Part shown: positions 23,337-40,391 of the stretch, one piece after another
Layout of the letters: the number at the start of each line of letters is the position of its first letter
Position numbering within the stretch: position 1 is the stretch's first letter
DNA from: Flaccisagitta enflata
Lineage: Eukaryota
Direction: 5' to 3'
Length of the DNA stretch: 64,000 nucleotides
Assembly: GCA_965153355.1 (NCBI GenBank)
Contig: OZ231126.1
Coordinates: 45,136,001 to 45,200,000, forward strand
Position numbers and translations under genes: made by a program
The notes under the pieces: model-generated
What the model was told of the DNA's origin: nothing
The model's input: only the letters and a program-made list of their open reading frames with translations
The model's database searches: none

Positions 23337-23827
23337 GATATATTTAATGCTACTTTCTTGTAGCCGAGTTACCAATTTTCATGATAAGAAGAAAAGATAA
23401 GCATTTTTATCTAAGAATGCTCAAAAAAACTTTTTTTGGCACAAAATATCATTTATAACTAAACAATGTATTTAATCAAGTTGAGGGCAAATATCTTGTA
23501 AATCTATGCATCACCGCTTTTAGGATCAAAATCAGGATCAATGATATCAATTTGTGGTGATTTAAAGGATGTAAAAAAGGATATTCTTATAAAAACAAGG
23601 GGGGGGCAAGATGATGGCGCAATCACAGCCTTAGGATCCAAACTCTTTTTTTTTTTTACATTCAATATGATGAAAGTTCTGAAACTTTAAATCATTTTAG
23701 CAGTCCAATGTTTTATCTGAATGATTATACTTTTTTTTACGAGACATCATATTTTGTACTCAGGCCGGGGGTAATAATATTCTTCGCCGTTTTGAGGCTT
23801 AAATTCTCTTTGAGTGTTCTCATTTTT

Positions 23828-24142
23828 TTAGATGCGTCCGTCAGGAGCGCATCTCTATAAGAGGGTCTGTCCGTCCGTCGGTCCGTCGGTCCGTCGGTCC
23901 GTCGGTCCGTCCGTCGGTCCGTCCGTCGGTCGGTCGGTCGGTCCGTTACGCCTGTGCAAAAACCGCGTTTCTTGGCTGTTTTTGGCCACGGTGACATCCT
24001 ACACTGAAACAAATGATCAACCAACATGGTTTGAGAGTCCTTTCACCCGTCTGTTTGTCCATCTGTCTCTCCATACATATGTCAAATGATCAATACACGC
24101 TGAGACACAGCCCGGACGCATCGTTGTCCGGTCGGGCTTGTT
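23828..24142 (+). mobile_element. HINE-like element, AGATGCG...CGCATCT family
   Basis: 5' hairpin AGATGCGTCC...GCGCATCT, (GTCC/GTCG)n, 3' GGACGCATC, GCTTGTT end; relatives at about 30749-30971 and 45805-46021. Confidence 0.7.
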
Positions 24143-24827
24143 AGATTATTAAGAATATGCAAATAATTGTGAAAACTTGTTCATTATCAAAGAACTTTGA
24201 ATATATTAGCTCATTTGTAGAATGAAGTTGGTTCTAAGAAAACTACCATTTTTTTTTTGAAAAATCATGACTTATTGTCATTTATTCTGGTATGGTTCTT
24301 GAAAAGATTTTTCTTTCATCAGCAACATTTGGTCGCCAGTAAATCAGCGTATTTTTTAGGTCCCAGATTTTGCTGTTATTCTGTTTTGAGTTTCTATTTT
24401 GAAACTGGAACTAAAGAAATGTTTCATTGAAAATTCGCGCAAATATTTGAACATTTCCTGAACCAATGATATCTTTGGAATTGATGTGCGATTAGAAATT
24501 AAGTGCGCAACTGGGTACGACTTTTAGCTACTTCCTCTGTTACATCGTTTTCCAGAACTGGCGGCTCTTTTTTGCTGATGTATATTGCCGAAACTGAATG
24601 TCAACCTAGGCATTCTTTTAATTTGTTCTTGAGGCTTTGCCGCATCTCAGGCTTATGTCTCTTGAATAAAAAGTCTTTTATAAAAAAATGCACATATGTT
24701 TCACAAGTTTTGTTTTGCTCCCTCAATTGTTCTTCTTCACAAGACTAGAAATATTGATTTCACTAATAATCTTTGCGCACTCTTCTTGACATTTCATTTT
24801 TGTAGCGCTTAGTAAATATTCATGGTA

Positions 24828-25423
24828 CAGTGGGGTTCGTGGAATAACAGCCTAAACTGGAGGAAGGTATTTAAGTGTCTTAATTTCATTTGACAAACTT
24901 GATATTTTGAATATAAGTTGTTCACTTGATGCTTTTGAGTTTTTCGGTTGCTATGGAAACCAAAATTATTTTTTTGAACATTTATAACAAGTAGAATATT
25001 GATATTTTGACATATATTATCAGGGAACATTGCTCAGAATTAAATTTGCTACAACTTTCCCACAGTATGTCCTGTAAGAATATTGCTCGTTTAGCCGTTG
25101 CTAAGGAGCATCATTTAGCGGTTGCTAGGTGTGATGCCCTCTAGCAACGGCCAAACTAGCAATATTCTAATAGAACATACTGTGGGAAAGTTGTAGCAAA
25201 TTTAATTTTGAGCAATGTTCCCTGACAATATTTCTCAGAATATTGATATTCTAGTGGTTATAAATGTTTGAAAAAATAAGTTTGGTTTCCATAGCAACCA
25301 AAAACCTCAGGGACAAAAGCGTCAAGTACACAACTTATATTTCAAATATCAAGTTTGTCAAATGAAATTAAGACACTTAAATACCTTCCTCCAGTTTAGG
25401 CTGTTATTCCACGAACCCCACTG
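24828..25423. mobile_element. Palindromic Tc1/mariner-type MITE
   Basis: CAGTGGGGTTCGTGG...CCACGAACCCCACTG, TA flanks, about 290-bp inverted arms. Confidence 0.9.
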
Positions 25424-27032
25424 TAACTCCTTAAGCTTTTTGAAATTCATGAGTTTCTTTACTACGTTGAATTACTCTCATTACTTATGTGTATTGTGCT
25501 ACAGGTCCTTTCCATGGTCTTTCGGAAGGCACCCTCCAAAACATGTAAAATTGAGAATTCGATTTTGAGCATTGATCATAACATCAATCGAATTTTGATT
25601 AAGTGAACAACCTTCGTTAACCTTAGCGGTGTGTCGTATAAGCGTAATTCCCTGATCTCTGAATGATTTCATATCATCAGTTTTGTGACAAAAATAACCG
25701 AAATTTGAGAAAAAAGATAGGGAAAGAGATGGACAGAGCTACAAAAACATGTGAGAGGCGGACGGAATTGATGAAGAGGAAGAAGAAGACGAAAAAGAAG
25801 ACGAAGAAGAAGAAGAAGAAGAAGAAGAAGAAGAAGAAGAAGAAGAAGAAGAAGAAGAAGAAGAAGAAAAATAATAAGAAGAAGAAGCTATGAAAACACG
25901 TGAGAGGCGGAAGAAGAAGAAGAAGAAGAAGAAGAAGAAGAAGAAGAAGAAGAAGAAGAAGAAGAAGAAGAAGAAGAAGAAGAAGAAGACTGAATTTGGA
26001 ATGGAATGGTAGATGCCGATCAATATAAACGACAAAGAGGAAGAATAAGTGGAGGAAGAGGATGAACAAGAACGAGAACAAGAGCGAGATCAAGAACAAG
26101 AAAAAACAGAAGAAAACGAAGGAGAAGAAGATGAATACCATGAATGATGGAGCCGAGTAGAATTGCAGTATGCCCCACTCTGCCCCAGTCGCATGCGGGC
26201 GTGTAGGGGCTGTATTTGAAGTCACTTGATCATTTAGGCAGGAGCAGTGAGGCTAAAGACGCTAAAAGCTAAAAAAAGGTAAGATGGACGTACCCACGAA
26301 CTGATGTACCGACAGAAGAAGAAGAAGCAGAAGAAGAAGAAGAAGAAGAAGAAGAAGAAGAAGAAGAAGAAGAAGAAGAAGAAGAAAGAAGGAAGAAGAA
26401 GGAGAAGAGGAGAAGAAGAAGAAGAGGAGAAGAAGGAGAAGAAGGAGAAGGAGAAGAAGTTGAAGGAAAAGGAGAGCAGAAGAGGGGTAGGATTATAAAG
26501 GCTTTTCAAATTAAAATGTTCCATGGGGTGCTAGCCTTCTTTCTTTCTTTTCTCCTTTATATATAAGTGGGTCCGTCTATCCTTCAATCCATCTGTCGGT
26601 TTTTCCATTTCTCCATTCATCCGTTTGTCTGACTGTCCATCTGTCCCACCATCTGTTCGTTTGCTTGTCCGTTACACCTGTGCTCAACTTGTGCAGATGA
26701 CGCATTGAGTTGCCTGGTTGAACTCAATCATTTCATTTTCACTTCTGTGAAATGTTCTGTCTGTTGTTTGGTTGGTTGGTTCATCGGTTGTTCACGGTTG
26801 AAAATCGTCAAAAAAGCTTTGAGAAGCATTCTTCATCAATTATTTCATTCATCTATCACATCCATACTCTCTATGATTATTTTTGACTTTACACCAAATA
26901 TGAGAGATAACTTATTTTTTTAGGCAAAAGTCGAATTGCGTAATTTGACTTTTTAAAACAAAACTTGTTTTCCTCTAAACGATATTTTACCTTTGAAAGA
27001 GAGAGAGAAAGGGAGAGAGAGAGAGAGAGAGA

Positions 27033-27083
<51 letters not shown>

Positions 27084-28188
27084 GCAGTCAAACAGAGAGC
27101 ATATGATGCACTCACAGAAGAACATGCACTGAAAAAAAAGACTGCGATCTACGACTTTTCTTTGGACGGCAATAGTTGCCTTTGTTAATTGTAAAACGGA
27201 GCACGCGACTGTGGCCCATCATTCTTTCTTAACTTTTTTCCGAAGTTTTTCTTTTTTTTTGTACCTTCGCTTTAGTCGAGGACAGGTGACTCAATAAGAG
27301 GATTTGTCTGTTTGTTGGTCCATCAGTCTGTCGGTACATTGGTCCATTGGTCTGTTATGATAGAGTTCCATACCCTTTGATTATTTCCCCTCCCCCTTGT
27401 CTTTGATTTTCTTCCCCGTGACGTTTCGCGTCGCGTTACAAAATCTATGATTTTCTTCCCCATAAAGCAATAAAACAGAGTTTCAAAGGGTCAGTAGGGT
27501 TGAATTGTGTTTTACTAATCATGTTTTATGATTTGTTACTGTCAAAAGTTATATTTTCCTTCCCTTTCTCCCTTTTTCCCCTCCCCACATGGGGGGGGGG
27601 GGTGAATGTGGAACAATATACAGGCCTGCTTCTTTTTCTTTTTCTTTTTCTTTTTCTTTTTCTTTTTCTTTTTCTTCTTCTTCTTCATCTTAGCCTTCTT
27701 TTTCTCCAGAGTGGCAATCATGTCCTTCCGTGTAACCCGTCACCAGTTATTCCAGAAAATCCTCATGTTCTCAGTTCTCATGTTCTCAGTTCTCATGTTC
27801 TCTCATGTTCTCAGTTGCCGACACGCGACTCAGCACCTTGCCATGTTGGTCGGTGCATCACATTTTTAGTCACGTGCTACACAACTCTACACCCCACCTT
27901 GTCGGTCCAACAATCCATCCGGCTGTCCGTCTGTCCGTCCATCACACTTTACTTTTTGGGGGGGTTTTGCAGTCTTTGGCCTCACTGTATCTGCCCAAAT
28001 GATCAAGTGAACTCAATTACAGCCCCTGCCCACCGGCACGCGACTTGGGTAGCCGTGCATCCGGCCTTGTTTATTTCTGAGCAGTTTTCGCCTCACTGCT
28101 CTGCATTGCCGTGTATCCGGCCTTTTTTTTGGGGGGGGAGGGGGTACTCGTTCTTTGTCTTTCACATCATCATATTTTTCTTGTTTTT

Positions 28189-28290
<102 letters not shown>

Positions 28291-30125
28291 TTCACCATCA
28301 TCATCATCATCATCATCTTCATTGTCACATCGTCACATCGTCGTTGTCGTCGTCGTCGTCGTGTCCGAAGGCATCATGATCGGTTGCTTATTGAATTACG
28401 TTCAGCTTCACTTACAATGTAAGGAGAGGCTAAGTGCCCACACATTTGGCGCAATCATCGGGCATTGTGGTCGTCATGGTCATCGTCGTCGTCGTCGTCA
28501 TCGACGTCGTCGTCGTCATCGACACCATCATCGTCATCGTCGTCATTGTTATTGTCATTGTCGTCGTCTTCGACTTATTTTGTCATCATTATCGTCGTCG
28601 TCTTTGTTATTTGTCTTCATCTTCACCATCTTCTTTTTTTCTTCTTCTTTTTTTCTTCTTCTTCTTCTTCTTCTTCTTCTTCTTCTTCTTCTTCTTCTTC
28701 TTCTTCTTCTTCTTCTTCTTCTTCTTCTTCTTCTTCATTCTTGTTCTTCTTCATCTTCTTCTCCTTCTTCCCCTCCTTTTCCTTCTTTTTCTCCCTTCTT
28801 CTTGGGAAATTGAGTCAATTGAATCGCATTGGCTCGTGCGTTTTTTTCTCAATTTTCAGAAGATCTGAAAAGAAAGTGACGGAATTTGTTAACACCATTA
28901 CTAACACCGCGAAGAAAAATTTACATTTCTCTTGAACGGCTGAAGCTAAAGTCTTGAAATTTTGGAATCTAGCATAAAATTTGATGCCCTTTCACATCGT
29001 GTTAAAAAAAATTTACTCAAATAAAATAAAAACTATGTTAACCACTATAATACACAGCGTAACGCGATCGTAACAGGGTGTTAACAAAATCCGTCACTAG
29101 TTTATTTTTTTTATATCTGTGGCTAGAATTGACATGAAGGTCTGAAATTTGGCATGTAACCTGGTTTATGTCTGTACTAAATGGGGGTAAACCATTTTTT
29201 TCTTATTTGGCCCTCAAAGTATGATTAATCTGGTATAGCATACTGCTTTGTGTGAAAACGAGCAAATCGTCTTTTTGGACTAATTTACTATGATCTTAAT
29301 TTTTCCACAGTAAATGACGGCCGATCATCACCAAATTTTCAGTGCTTCTTTAGGGATTGCAAATGTAAAAAAATGACCGAAGCAAGGGGCGGTTTGGCGA
29401 TTATTTCATGTCTTTTACACTGACGATATGAAGTGTGACACAAGTGTGACATAAAAAATGGGCTGTTTTGGCACTAATTTGAGCCACCTAACCTATCAAA
29501 ATCTTGAGTATGAAGGATGTATGTAGGGCACTTGGTCTAATATGATGTCTAGGAACAGCTTTCATCATCAATGAAATGATTGATGGGACGAAACTATGCT
29601 TCATTGCCCACCATATCATGGATTTCAGCTTGGCTTGTTTATTGTGAAAGCTGCCTACATTAATTAACAAGTCGCGTGCGAGACCTACAGATTGACTTAG
29701 AATGACTTAGAATAACTTAGAATGACTTAGTATACCCTAAAATGACTTACAATAACTTAGAGAAATAAAATTGATAAATAAGTAAAATGGGGACCGACCA
29801 TCCAACCGACCGACCGACGGACGGACAAAGCGGGGTGTAGAGTCGCGTGCACGCGACTAAAAATAAAAACAACACTCCTCAGTCCTCACATAAACGACAA
29901 TATTGGCCTGTCAATGCAGAGACAGAACATTGCTCGATCGAAGGAATCCTCGTCTCCAGTAGAGATGGCAAGAAATAGCTAGATAGCTGAATATTTATTT
30001 CTGATACAAGTTTCTAATTTATTGATTTATCTTGAAGAAGGTCTTTCTTTGACCTTTTTGTCTTCTGATCAAACTCGCAGAAGTCTACCTTGCTACGTCA
30101 GTCAAAACTCAAATTGAAAGGGTTA

Positions 30126-30589
30126 CCCCGTGTTTAATCTCAAAGTGGGAAAAGTAAAAAGCTTACTTCTCTAAATGCAACCATTCCGTGATTTGAAATC
30201 ATTTATTACTTGTATTAATATGTTTGACGTTTTAAGTATAAAAATTCCATTGGTCTAGCCTTAAAAGTTTGTCCACAACATCAATTTCAAGTAAAACGAT
30301 ATTTACATCTGAGACCAATCTGGCGCCAGTTATCAAGCCGTTTGAGAATTAGAGGCAGAATATTGAAAAACAATGTTGATAGAAATTGGAGTTTTTTACC
30401 TTTAACTGTAAATACTTGTTTTACTTCAAATTGATGTTGTGGACAAACTATTTAAGCAAGATTGATGAAATTTGTTCACAAAAAACGTCAAATATAATAC
30501 TACAAGAGAAAAATGGTTTGTTATCACTGACTTAGCGTCTTTAGAAATGTAAGCTTTTTACTTTTCCCACTTTGAGATTGAACACCCAG
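30126..30589. mobile_element. Palindromic TA-flanked MITE
   Basis: CCCCGTGTTTAATCTCAAAGTGGGAAAAGTAAAAAGCTTAC and its inverted copy; TA flanks. Confidence 0.8.
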
Positions 30590-31447
30590 TAACAGAAATG
30601 TTTTACTCTTTTATTTGGCGCCAAGCAGCTCTACCATCATTGTAACTCGAATTGATGATTTTTCTATTTCTTTTTTCATGTACGAAAAATTCGAGTGGAT
30701 TTTTTTAGCATAAAATCAATGAGAAAATGTTTTATGATATCATATTCATAGTCGCGGACACGCAACTCTAAAAGAGGCTTGGCTCGTCCGTTGGTCCGTC
30801 CGTTGGTCCGTCGGTCTGTCGGTCCTGTGTCATCAAGTTGAAAAGTGGGAAAACGCGCATTTTTGATACTCTGTGTATGTTTGAGTGTTGGGGGTGGGTT
30901 GGGGTGTGGATGGGAGTTGGATACCCCTACCCATCCGTCCGCAACGATATTTTGACCCCGCGTCACTTGTTAAACATAAACAATGAAGGAATTGAAGGCC
31001 GACGAGTTCCGACTTGGTGTGGAATGTGAGGTGTATGGCTTTAGACAACATTGCTTCGTTAAAAAAAACATAAATCAGTACAGGGGGAGTGTAACCATAT
31101 ATACAAAAGCAGAAAATTGAAAATGGCAATAAAATGGGAAGGTTGGATGGTTGATTGTTTGAATTTTAACCCCCCCTCATTCAGTGACGAACACTCATAA
31201 AAACAAGAATGAGAGCAAGAGAGAGAGAGAGAGAGAGAGAGACATACAGACATTCAGACAGACAAAGAGAGAGAGACAGAGAGGCAGACTGACAGAAAGA
31301 TAGAGACGGAGATTGAGATAGAACCAACCAATTTACTGACCCAACAGACAGACGGACTGATAGAGGAACCAAAAGATAGACAGACTAACGGATGGACGAA
31401 CAGACTGACAGACAGTCAGACAGACATGTAATGATTCTAATGAACAA

Positions 31448-31559
<112 letters not shown>

Positions 31560-32009
31560 AGCAGCTGCTTTTCAATCTCCTTTGTCTTCTCCCCTTTTTG
31601 CTTAGCCCTTAGCTTGATGCGTCTTCAATCATCGTTGATCATCTACGCTGATGGTCGACTTTCACTTTTTTGATTTTCGAAATTTCTTTCCTGTCTTGTC
31701 AAAGTGGTCCAATTTTTACGGGATATATGTTCGCGCCGTTCATATTTCTCGATCCATTCGTGTATCGATTTGTCCGTTAGACTGTTGCACTTTTTTTTAC
31801 ATTCGTGCAGCGTCATTACCACTGCCACAGACACAAGTGTGTTTGTGTTGTGATAACGCGCATCATGGTTTCTGCCTTGCTAATCGAAATTCGAAATTGT
31901 TCTTAGTTTTAGAGACAACATGAGCTGACGATGTTTACAAAGAACGGTCAATTCACCTCACACTTCCCTTTTGTCCCCTTGTAACTCATTTCCCCTTCAT
32001 AGTTTTAAC

Positions 32010-32020
32010 AACAAACACAA

Positions 32021-32110
<90 letters not shown>

Positions 32111-32216
32111 CAACGAGAACGACAGCAGCGACGGCGATGGCGACGACGACGTTAACGGCAACGGCACGACGACAATCGGCGACGACGACGACGACGACGG
32201 CAGCAGCAACAACAGC

Positions 32217-32256
<40 letters not shown>

Positions 32257-32688
32257 GCAACAACAACAACAGCAACAACAGCAACAACAACAACAACAAC
32301 AACAACAACAGCAACAACAGCAAACAGCAGCGAGCGACAACGCATCGTCAACAGCAGCAGGAAGGCGGATACAGCAATCAGTCAGGACGGTTGGGCGAAG
32401 ACAGTAATGCGCAAACCGCTCAAATTCAAAATGTGACGGACCTACCGACCGACCGACCGACCGACACGGCAGGGTGTAGAGTCGCGTGTCGCGACTAACA
32501 ATGGCGACCGCGACAAGCGACAACGACAACAGCATCATCACGACAACGAAAATGACGACGACGACGACGACAACGAGAACGACAACAACGACGGCGATGG
32601 CGACGACGACGACAACGACAACGACAACGACAACGTCAACGACGACGACGACGACGACGACGACGACAGCAACAACAGCAACAACAAT

Positions 32689-32768
<80 letters not shown>

Positions 32769-32770
32769 CC
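32010..32770. repeat. (AAC)n/(GAC)n microsatellite block with an embedded HINE fragment
   Basis: Direct inspection; HINE part about 32370-32498. Confidence 0.85.
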
Positions 32771-35700
32771 GTTTGCCCAACCATTTCCGGTGTTTTTTGT
32801 TTTTGTTTTTGTTTTTTTTTTTTTTTTTTTTTTTTTTGCTTTTTGCCGTGCGCCCCAATATCAGGAAGCCGAACTCAACGATTCGACTCCATTTACTGGG
32901 ACTCAGCAAAAACAAAAGTGAAAGAAAAATAGAAACAAGGTCGGATACATGGCTGCCTAAGTTGGCAGGGGCAGTGATAAAAAAGCTTACCAAACATTTG
33001 GGCAGGACCAGTAATGCAAAATATGCCCATGAACGCCATAAAAGCTACGCGTCACCAACATACAGACTGACCGACCGACCAACCAACCAACCGACGGACA
33101 TAGGGGGTTATAGAGTGGTATGTACGCGACTGGAATCTTTTGCAGTCCTCTGCCAAATAATGGCGACGCGAGAAGTGCCGCTACTTGGAGGGCTTGAAAG
33201 CTTAGAAAATGAAGGGTGAAATGGTGTCTTGAAAAAGATTTAATGTCACAAAGATTTGTGGGTTTGGTCTTTTCTTAGTGGTCAAGATATCTAAATTAAA
33301 ATTCAATACCCATTTGAGAGAGTTTTATCCGGTCGTTTCCATGGCATTCTGCGCCTTGATCTCTTGCTCATGACCTCCAATACATTTAGGCATCTTACGT
33401 ACATCTTACGTACAGTACAGTTTCTAGTCTTTTCTCATTTTTAGTCTTTTCTGTAGAAGCACTGTTGTTCCAACCATCATAAAACAAAGGACGCCAAGTT
33501 ATATGGCCAATATGTTCGCCTCGGTGATAAAGAACACGCGAATAAACGTTTTGAATGAATGAATGAATGAATGAATGAATGAACGAACGAATGAATGAAT
33601 GAATGAATGAATGAATGAATGAATGAATGAATGAATGAATGAATGAATTAATGAATAAACGACTTAATGAAAATTAAATTGTACAGGCGTAGCGCAGTTT
33701 CAACGTTTGCGTGACAGGAAGTGCAACCAACCGACCGAACGACCAACCAATGGACGGACAATCATGACCTCTTTTAGAGGTGCGAAGACACATTCAAAAT
33801 GAAGTGTAACACTATGTCCGAGAAAGGATTCATAACGTCCTTAACTTGATGAGTAAAACTTGAATACTTTGAGGGTCTGATTTTTTTACTTTCGTTATTT
33901 ACGCCCCCAAAGTGTATAAACTTACAACTTACAAATATAGTTCTTAACATTGATCAGTTTCCTTTTTGGTGCCCCAACGCACCTTTATATCCGGTCGTGT
34001 CCGTCCATTGGTTGGTTGGTCGGTCGGTCGGTCGATTGGTCACATTTACGTTTGACGATCCACCAGAGGGACCTATAGGTCTGCTTCATTGATTTAATCA
34101 AGACGCATTTATTTAAATGTAAAAGTGACCTAGTGCGGCACGGTCCCTCGAAGGCGTCATTACAATGAAAATTCAGATATCCAGACCGAGAGGTGGTTCA
34201 ACGCTAATTAAAGAATGCAATCTTCAATATCAAGAATCACGGCCAGATTAATAAAGTTATTTATTGTGAGAACAAACCGCTGGGGTCTTACGGGTAAAAC
34301 AACATCCACCGTGAAGTTTGGACAATAATAAAGATTTGCTGAACTTAAATTGTCAGAGGGCAACCCGGTTGACTGTCAAGTAGCGTGATGTCTCGCAAAA
34401 CAATGAAAAAAATGTTTATATGATTACGGCCAAAGTAATTACATGATCGCCGTACAACTTACCCAGGATTTGTCCAAGGGTTGGATGGTTAATCATGCAA
34501 AATTTCAGAAAATTTCGTAGAATATTTTCATAGCTACACTTTTTTGAAATTTTTGGGCAGGTAGGCTGGTTTGGGTGGTTGTATTTACTTAAATTTCTTG
34601 AAACTTCACACATCAGTGGACAAGGTCATGTGATGTTACCATAAAAATATTCATGTCAATTGGTCAATTCGTTCATGAGATATAAGCTTTCAAAGTTTGG
34701 GTAAAAAAAGTCACGACAGATTCTGCCACTTAGGAAAAAAACAAGGCCGTATACACTCCCCCTAAGTCGCGGATGGGTGGGCAGGAGCACAATAGCAAAA
34801 AACACTCAAATTTTGTTTTCGTTACGGATGGACCGACCACCTGACCGACCAACCAACACGGCGAGTTCTAGAGTTGGGAGTCCGCGACTAAAAAATGCGT
34901 TCCGTTCTTAGACTGCGTATTTCACGCTCGAGCAATCATGAAATCATGAATAGCACTTCTTTAGATCACTACGTCTAAACTATAAGGAATATAAAAAAAA
35001 TGAAATGTACAGTGGAAAGCTTACATGCTAGGCTTTCTAACAATATGAAACTTGATAGTAATCTTAAAAAAAAAAGGAACGCGGTAACTATCTTTGGACC
35101 AACCGCCATAAAAAGTTGAATCGGAAAATTCCTCTAAACTGGCGAAGATGAGCGAAGGTTTAAATCTATCATGGTAATTGATCGTCAGGTTTGTGAAAAA
35201 AAGTAATCGGAACACGGTATTCATTAGAATGAGTCTGTTCAGAACATGGTGTGTCAAAACGAGTCTAACTGGAATAAGTTTGTTTTCCTAATGGCAACCG
35301 GGAAGGGAGACCCGAAACGGAAACCAAAATCCCCCTTGTGCAGGCCTGGCCAGAGGGGGGTCACCCCATCTGAGATAGGAAGCCCGGGCACCAATGGGAC
35401 CTGTGAGAGCCTATATGATACAAAAAAAAAAGAACAAAAAAAGAGAAAAAAGAAAGAAAGAAGGAAAAGAAGAAAAAGAAAAGAAAGAGAAAGAGAAAAA
35501 TCAAGAAAGAAAAAAAGAGGGAAATAAAAACAAGGCAGGATACACGGCTACCGAAGTTGCATGCGGGTGGGCAAGGGCCATATTTGAGGTCACTAGACCA
35601 TTTAGGCAGGAGTGGTGAGGTCCAAACATAAAAAAAGTAAAGTGTGACAAACAGACCGACCGACCAACCAACAAAGCAGGGTGTAGAGTCGCGTAGCACT

Positions 35701-35974
35701 CGACTAATGAGATAAGAAAGTGAAAAAAAAGGTTCTATCCAAGTTACAAGTTCTGGAGGCTGAAGTTTCAGCACTGGAACAAACTTTAAGGCAGTAAAAA
35801 AAAGTTGAAATATTAAGCGTAAAGGAGGGGGCTGAAGGGGGAGGGGAGCCCAACCAAGGGAGCCAGCAGAGGGGCCCACCATTTTTCTGGCCGGGCCTGC
35901 TTGGATAACTTGCAAGCATATCGTAAGACTGTCAATCAATGGAGCGAAAAAAATAATAGAGACACAAATTTACA

Positions 35975-37260
<1,286 letters not shown>

Positions 37261-38619
37261 AGCTACAAAAACACTGAATTTAGAGAAAAATCTAAGTCAT
37301 GAGAAAAAGATAGAAAAACAGACAATCTGAGTTATGAGAAATAACAAAATTGTCAAATTCTCATAACATAGAATCTGAGTTATGAGAAAAGTGCTAAATT
37401 CTAAGTAACGCGACTTAGAAAAATCTGAATAACGAGATTTTCCCTGTGTTTATTTGATTGTTGTTAAAACAATATGCAACAAACAAGGGAATTATTGCTG
37501 TAACACAACCCAACACTAGAAAATATCACTTCATGTAAAGATCAACTTTGTCTTTTAGTATCATGCCCTTAGTTTCATAGCCAAAACATGCAAAGAAATT
37601 GTTTTGAAATATTAGGAAATGATGTGATGGTCTATAAACATAAAGAAAATAGTATGTTTTTTTATAACAAGCCCAAAAGGGCAACAGTCGCGTGCGTCTG
37701 GAAATGACAAACAAAAGAGTCAAAATGTTAAAAAATGTTGGAAATGTTAAAAAATGTTAGAAAATGTTAAGAAATGTTAAAGAATGTTAAAAACTGTTAA
37801 AAAGTGTTAAAAAATGTCAAAAAATGTCAAGAAATGTTAAAAAATGTTAAAAAATGTTAAAATAGGTACAATGTTAAAATGTTAAAAAGTGTTAAAAATG
37901 TTATAAATGTTGGAAAAGTTAAAAAAGATATTAAAAATGTTAAAAAAAATGTTAAAACGCTTAAAATTAAAAATGTTAAGAACGCTTAAGATCCAAAAAC
38001 GTGACTGACCGACGGACCGACCGACGGACCAACCGACAGAGCAATGTGATGGTCTATAATCATAAAGAAAATAGTATGATTTTTTCTAAAAACATAAAAA
38101 AGAATATCATACATTATAATAGAAAACAATATTTGTATTAGGAAAAATGTTTCTCTTGGCATTTGCTTTAGATTTTTAGTCGCGTGCACGCGACTCTACA
38201 CCTTGCCGTGTCGGTCGGTCGGTCGGTAGGTCGGTCGGTCGGTAGGTCGGTCGGTCACGTTTTTAAAATTATGACTTTTTAAGGTTTTTTAAGGTATTTT
38301 AAGGTACTCTAGGGTATTTCTGGGTACTTTAGGGTACTTCAGGGTATTTTAGGGTACGTAAGTTATTTTAGGTACTTAAGGTATTTTTAGGTACTTTCAG
38401 ATATTTTTGGGTACTTTTGGGTATTTTTGAGTATTTTGAGTATGCATGGGTAATTTACAGTGTTTTCAGATACTTTTGGTTTTTTTAAGTATTTTTGAGT
38501 ATTTTGGGTATTTCATTGGGTATTTTTTGGTATTTTGGGTATTTTGTCAACTTTTTATTGGACACTCGTTATTGGTTCAGAATGTAACTTTTTTTGGGAC
38601 AGACGTTATGAAGTATGAA

Positions 38620-39603
38620 GTTGTAGTATGAAGTTATGTAAGTATGTGAGTATGTAGGTAAGTATGTAAGTATGTAAGTATGTAGGTATGTAAGTATGTT
38701 AGTATGTAAGTAAGTATGTAAGTAAGTAAGTATGTAAGTATGTAAGTATGTGAGTATGTAGGTAAGTATGTAAGTAAGTATGTAAGTAAGTATGTAGGTA
38801 TGTAAATATGTAAGTGAGTATGTAAGTAAGCATGTAAGTATGTTAGTATGTGAGTATGTGGGTATGTAGGTAAGTATGTAGCCCAATAGCTATAGCTATA
38901 GCTATGTCTATGCCTTTGTTGAGAAGATGTAGATTTGTGGGCATGTAAGTAGTAAGTATGTAAGTATGTTGGTAAGTATGTACGTATGTATGTAAGTATG
39001 TAAGTAGGTAAGTATGTAAGTATGTGAGTATGTAGGTAAGTATGTAAGTATGTAAGTAAGCATGTAAGTAAGTATGTAGGCATGTAAGGCTGTGGTATGC
39101 AAGTATGCATGTAAGCATGTATGTGGGTATGTAAGTATGTAGGTAAGCACGTAAGTATGTATGTAGGCATGTAGGTAAGTATGTAAGTGTGTAGGTAAGT
39201 ATGTAAGTAAGTGATTATGTATGTAAGTATGTAAGTAGGTGTTATGTAAGTATGTGAGTATGTATGGGCATGTAAGTAAGCATGTAAGTATGTAGGTATG
39301 TAAGTATGTAAGAATGTAAGCATGTAAGTATGTAAGCATGTAAGTAAGTATGTAAGTATGTAAGTATACATGTAAGTATGTAAGATGAGCATGTAGGTAT
39401 GTAAGTATGCAAGTATGTAAGTAAGTAAGTATGTATGTAAGTAAGTAGGTAAGTATGTAAGTATGAGTATGTAGGTAAGTATGTAAGTATGGGCAAGTAT
39501 GTATATGTAAGTACATGTAAGTAAGATAAGTAAGTATGTGGCAAGTATGTGGCAGTATGTATTTAAGTATGTAAATATGTAAGTAAGTATTTAAGTATGT
39601 AAG

Positions 39604-39634
<31 letters not shown>

Positions 39635-39960
39635 GTATGTATGTATGTATGTATGTATGTATGTATGTATGTATGTATGTATGAATGTATGTATGTATGT
39701 ACGTATGTATGTAAGTAAGTATGTAAGTATGTATGTAAGTATGTAAGTATGTAAGTAAGTATGTAAGTATGTAAGTACGTAAGTATGTAAGTATGTTGGT
39801 AAGTATGTACGTATGTATGTAAGTATGTAAGTAGGTAAGTATGTAAGTATGTGAGTATGTAGGTAAGTATGTAAGTATGTAAGTAAGTATGTAAGTATGT
39901 AGGTATGTAAGATGTATATGTAAGTAAGGGCATATGTGGGCATGGGCATGTAAGTAGTGC
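38620..39960. repeat. Degenerate (GTAAGTAT/GTAT)n satellite
   Basis: About 1.3 kb of 4/8-mer variants; source of the TYIL/HTYL ORFs. Confidence 0.9.
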
Positions 39961-40350
39961 ATGTATACAACTGTCAGCATCTCATGGAGTGAAACAAATA
40001 GAAAATCTCAACAGAGCTCATTTTAAAGAACTGACAAAACTCATTAAAAACTAAGTTGAGGTCAGTGCCTCAGATTCAGCAGGGGAAATGACAGTCTTGT
40101 GAAATGGGTGTTATTATAAAGAGTAATACTTGAAAACCTTGTAACTGTCAGCTCTAAACAAATTCAGGTACAGATACCCATGACTGTGTGTATGTTTGTG
40201 TTTGTGTTTGTGTGTTTGTGTGTGTGTGTGTGAGTGTGAGTGTGTGTCAGCAGGTGTGTGGTGTGAGTGAGTGGAGGTGAGTGGTAGGTGGAGTGTGGTG
40301 TGTGATTGGTAAGTGAGTGTGTGTGTGTGTGTGTGTGTGTGAGTGAGTGA

Positions 40351-40391
<41 letters not shown>

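Noticed and set aside
38569-39980. Long TYIL/HTYL ORFs
   Set aside because: Products of a tetranucleotide satellite.
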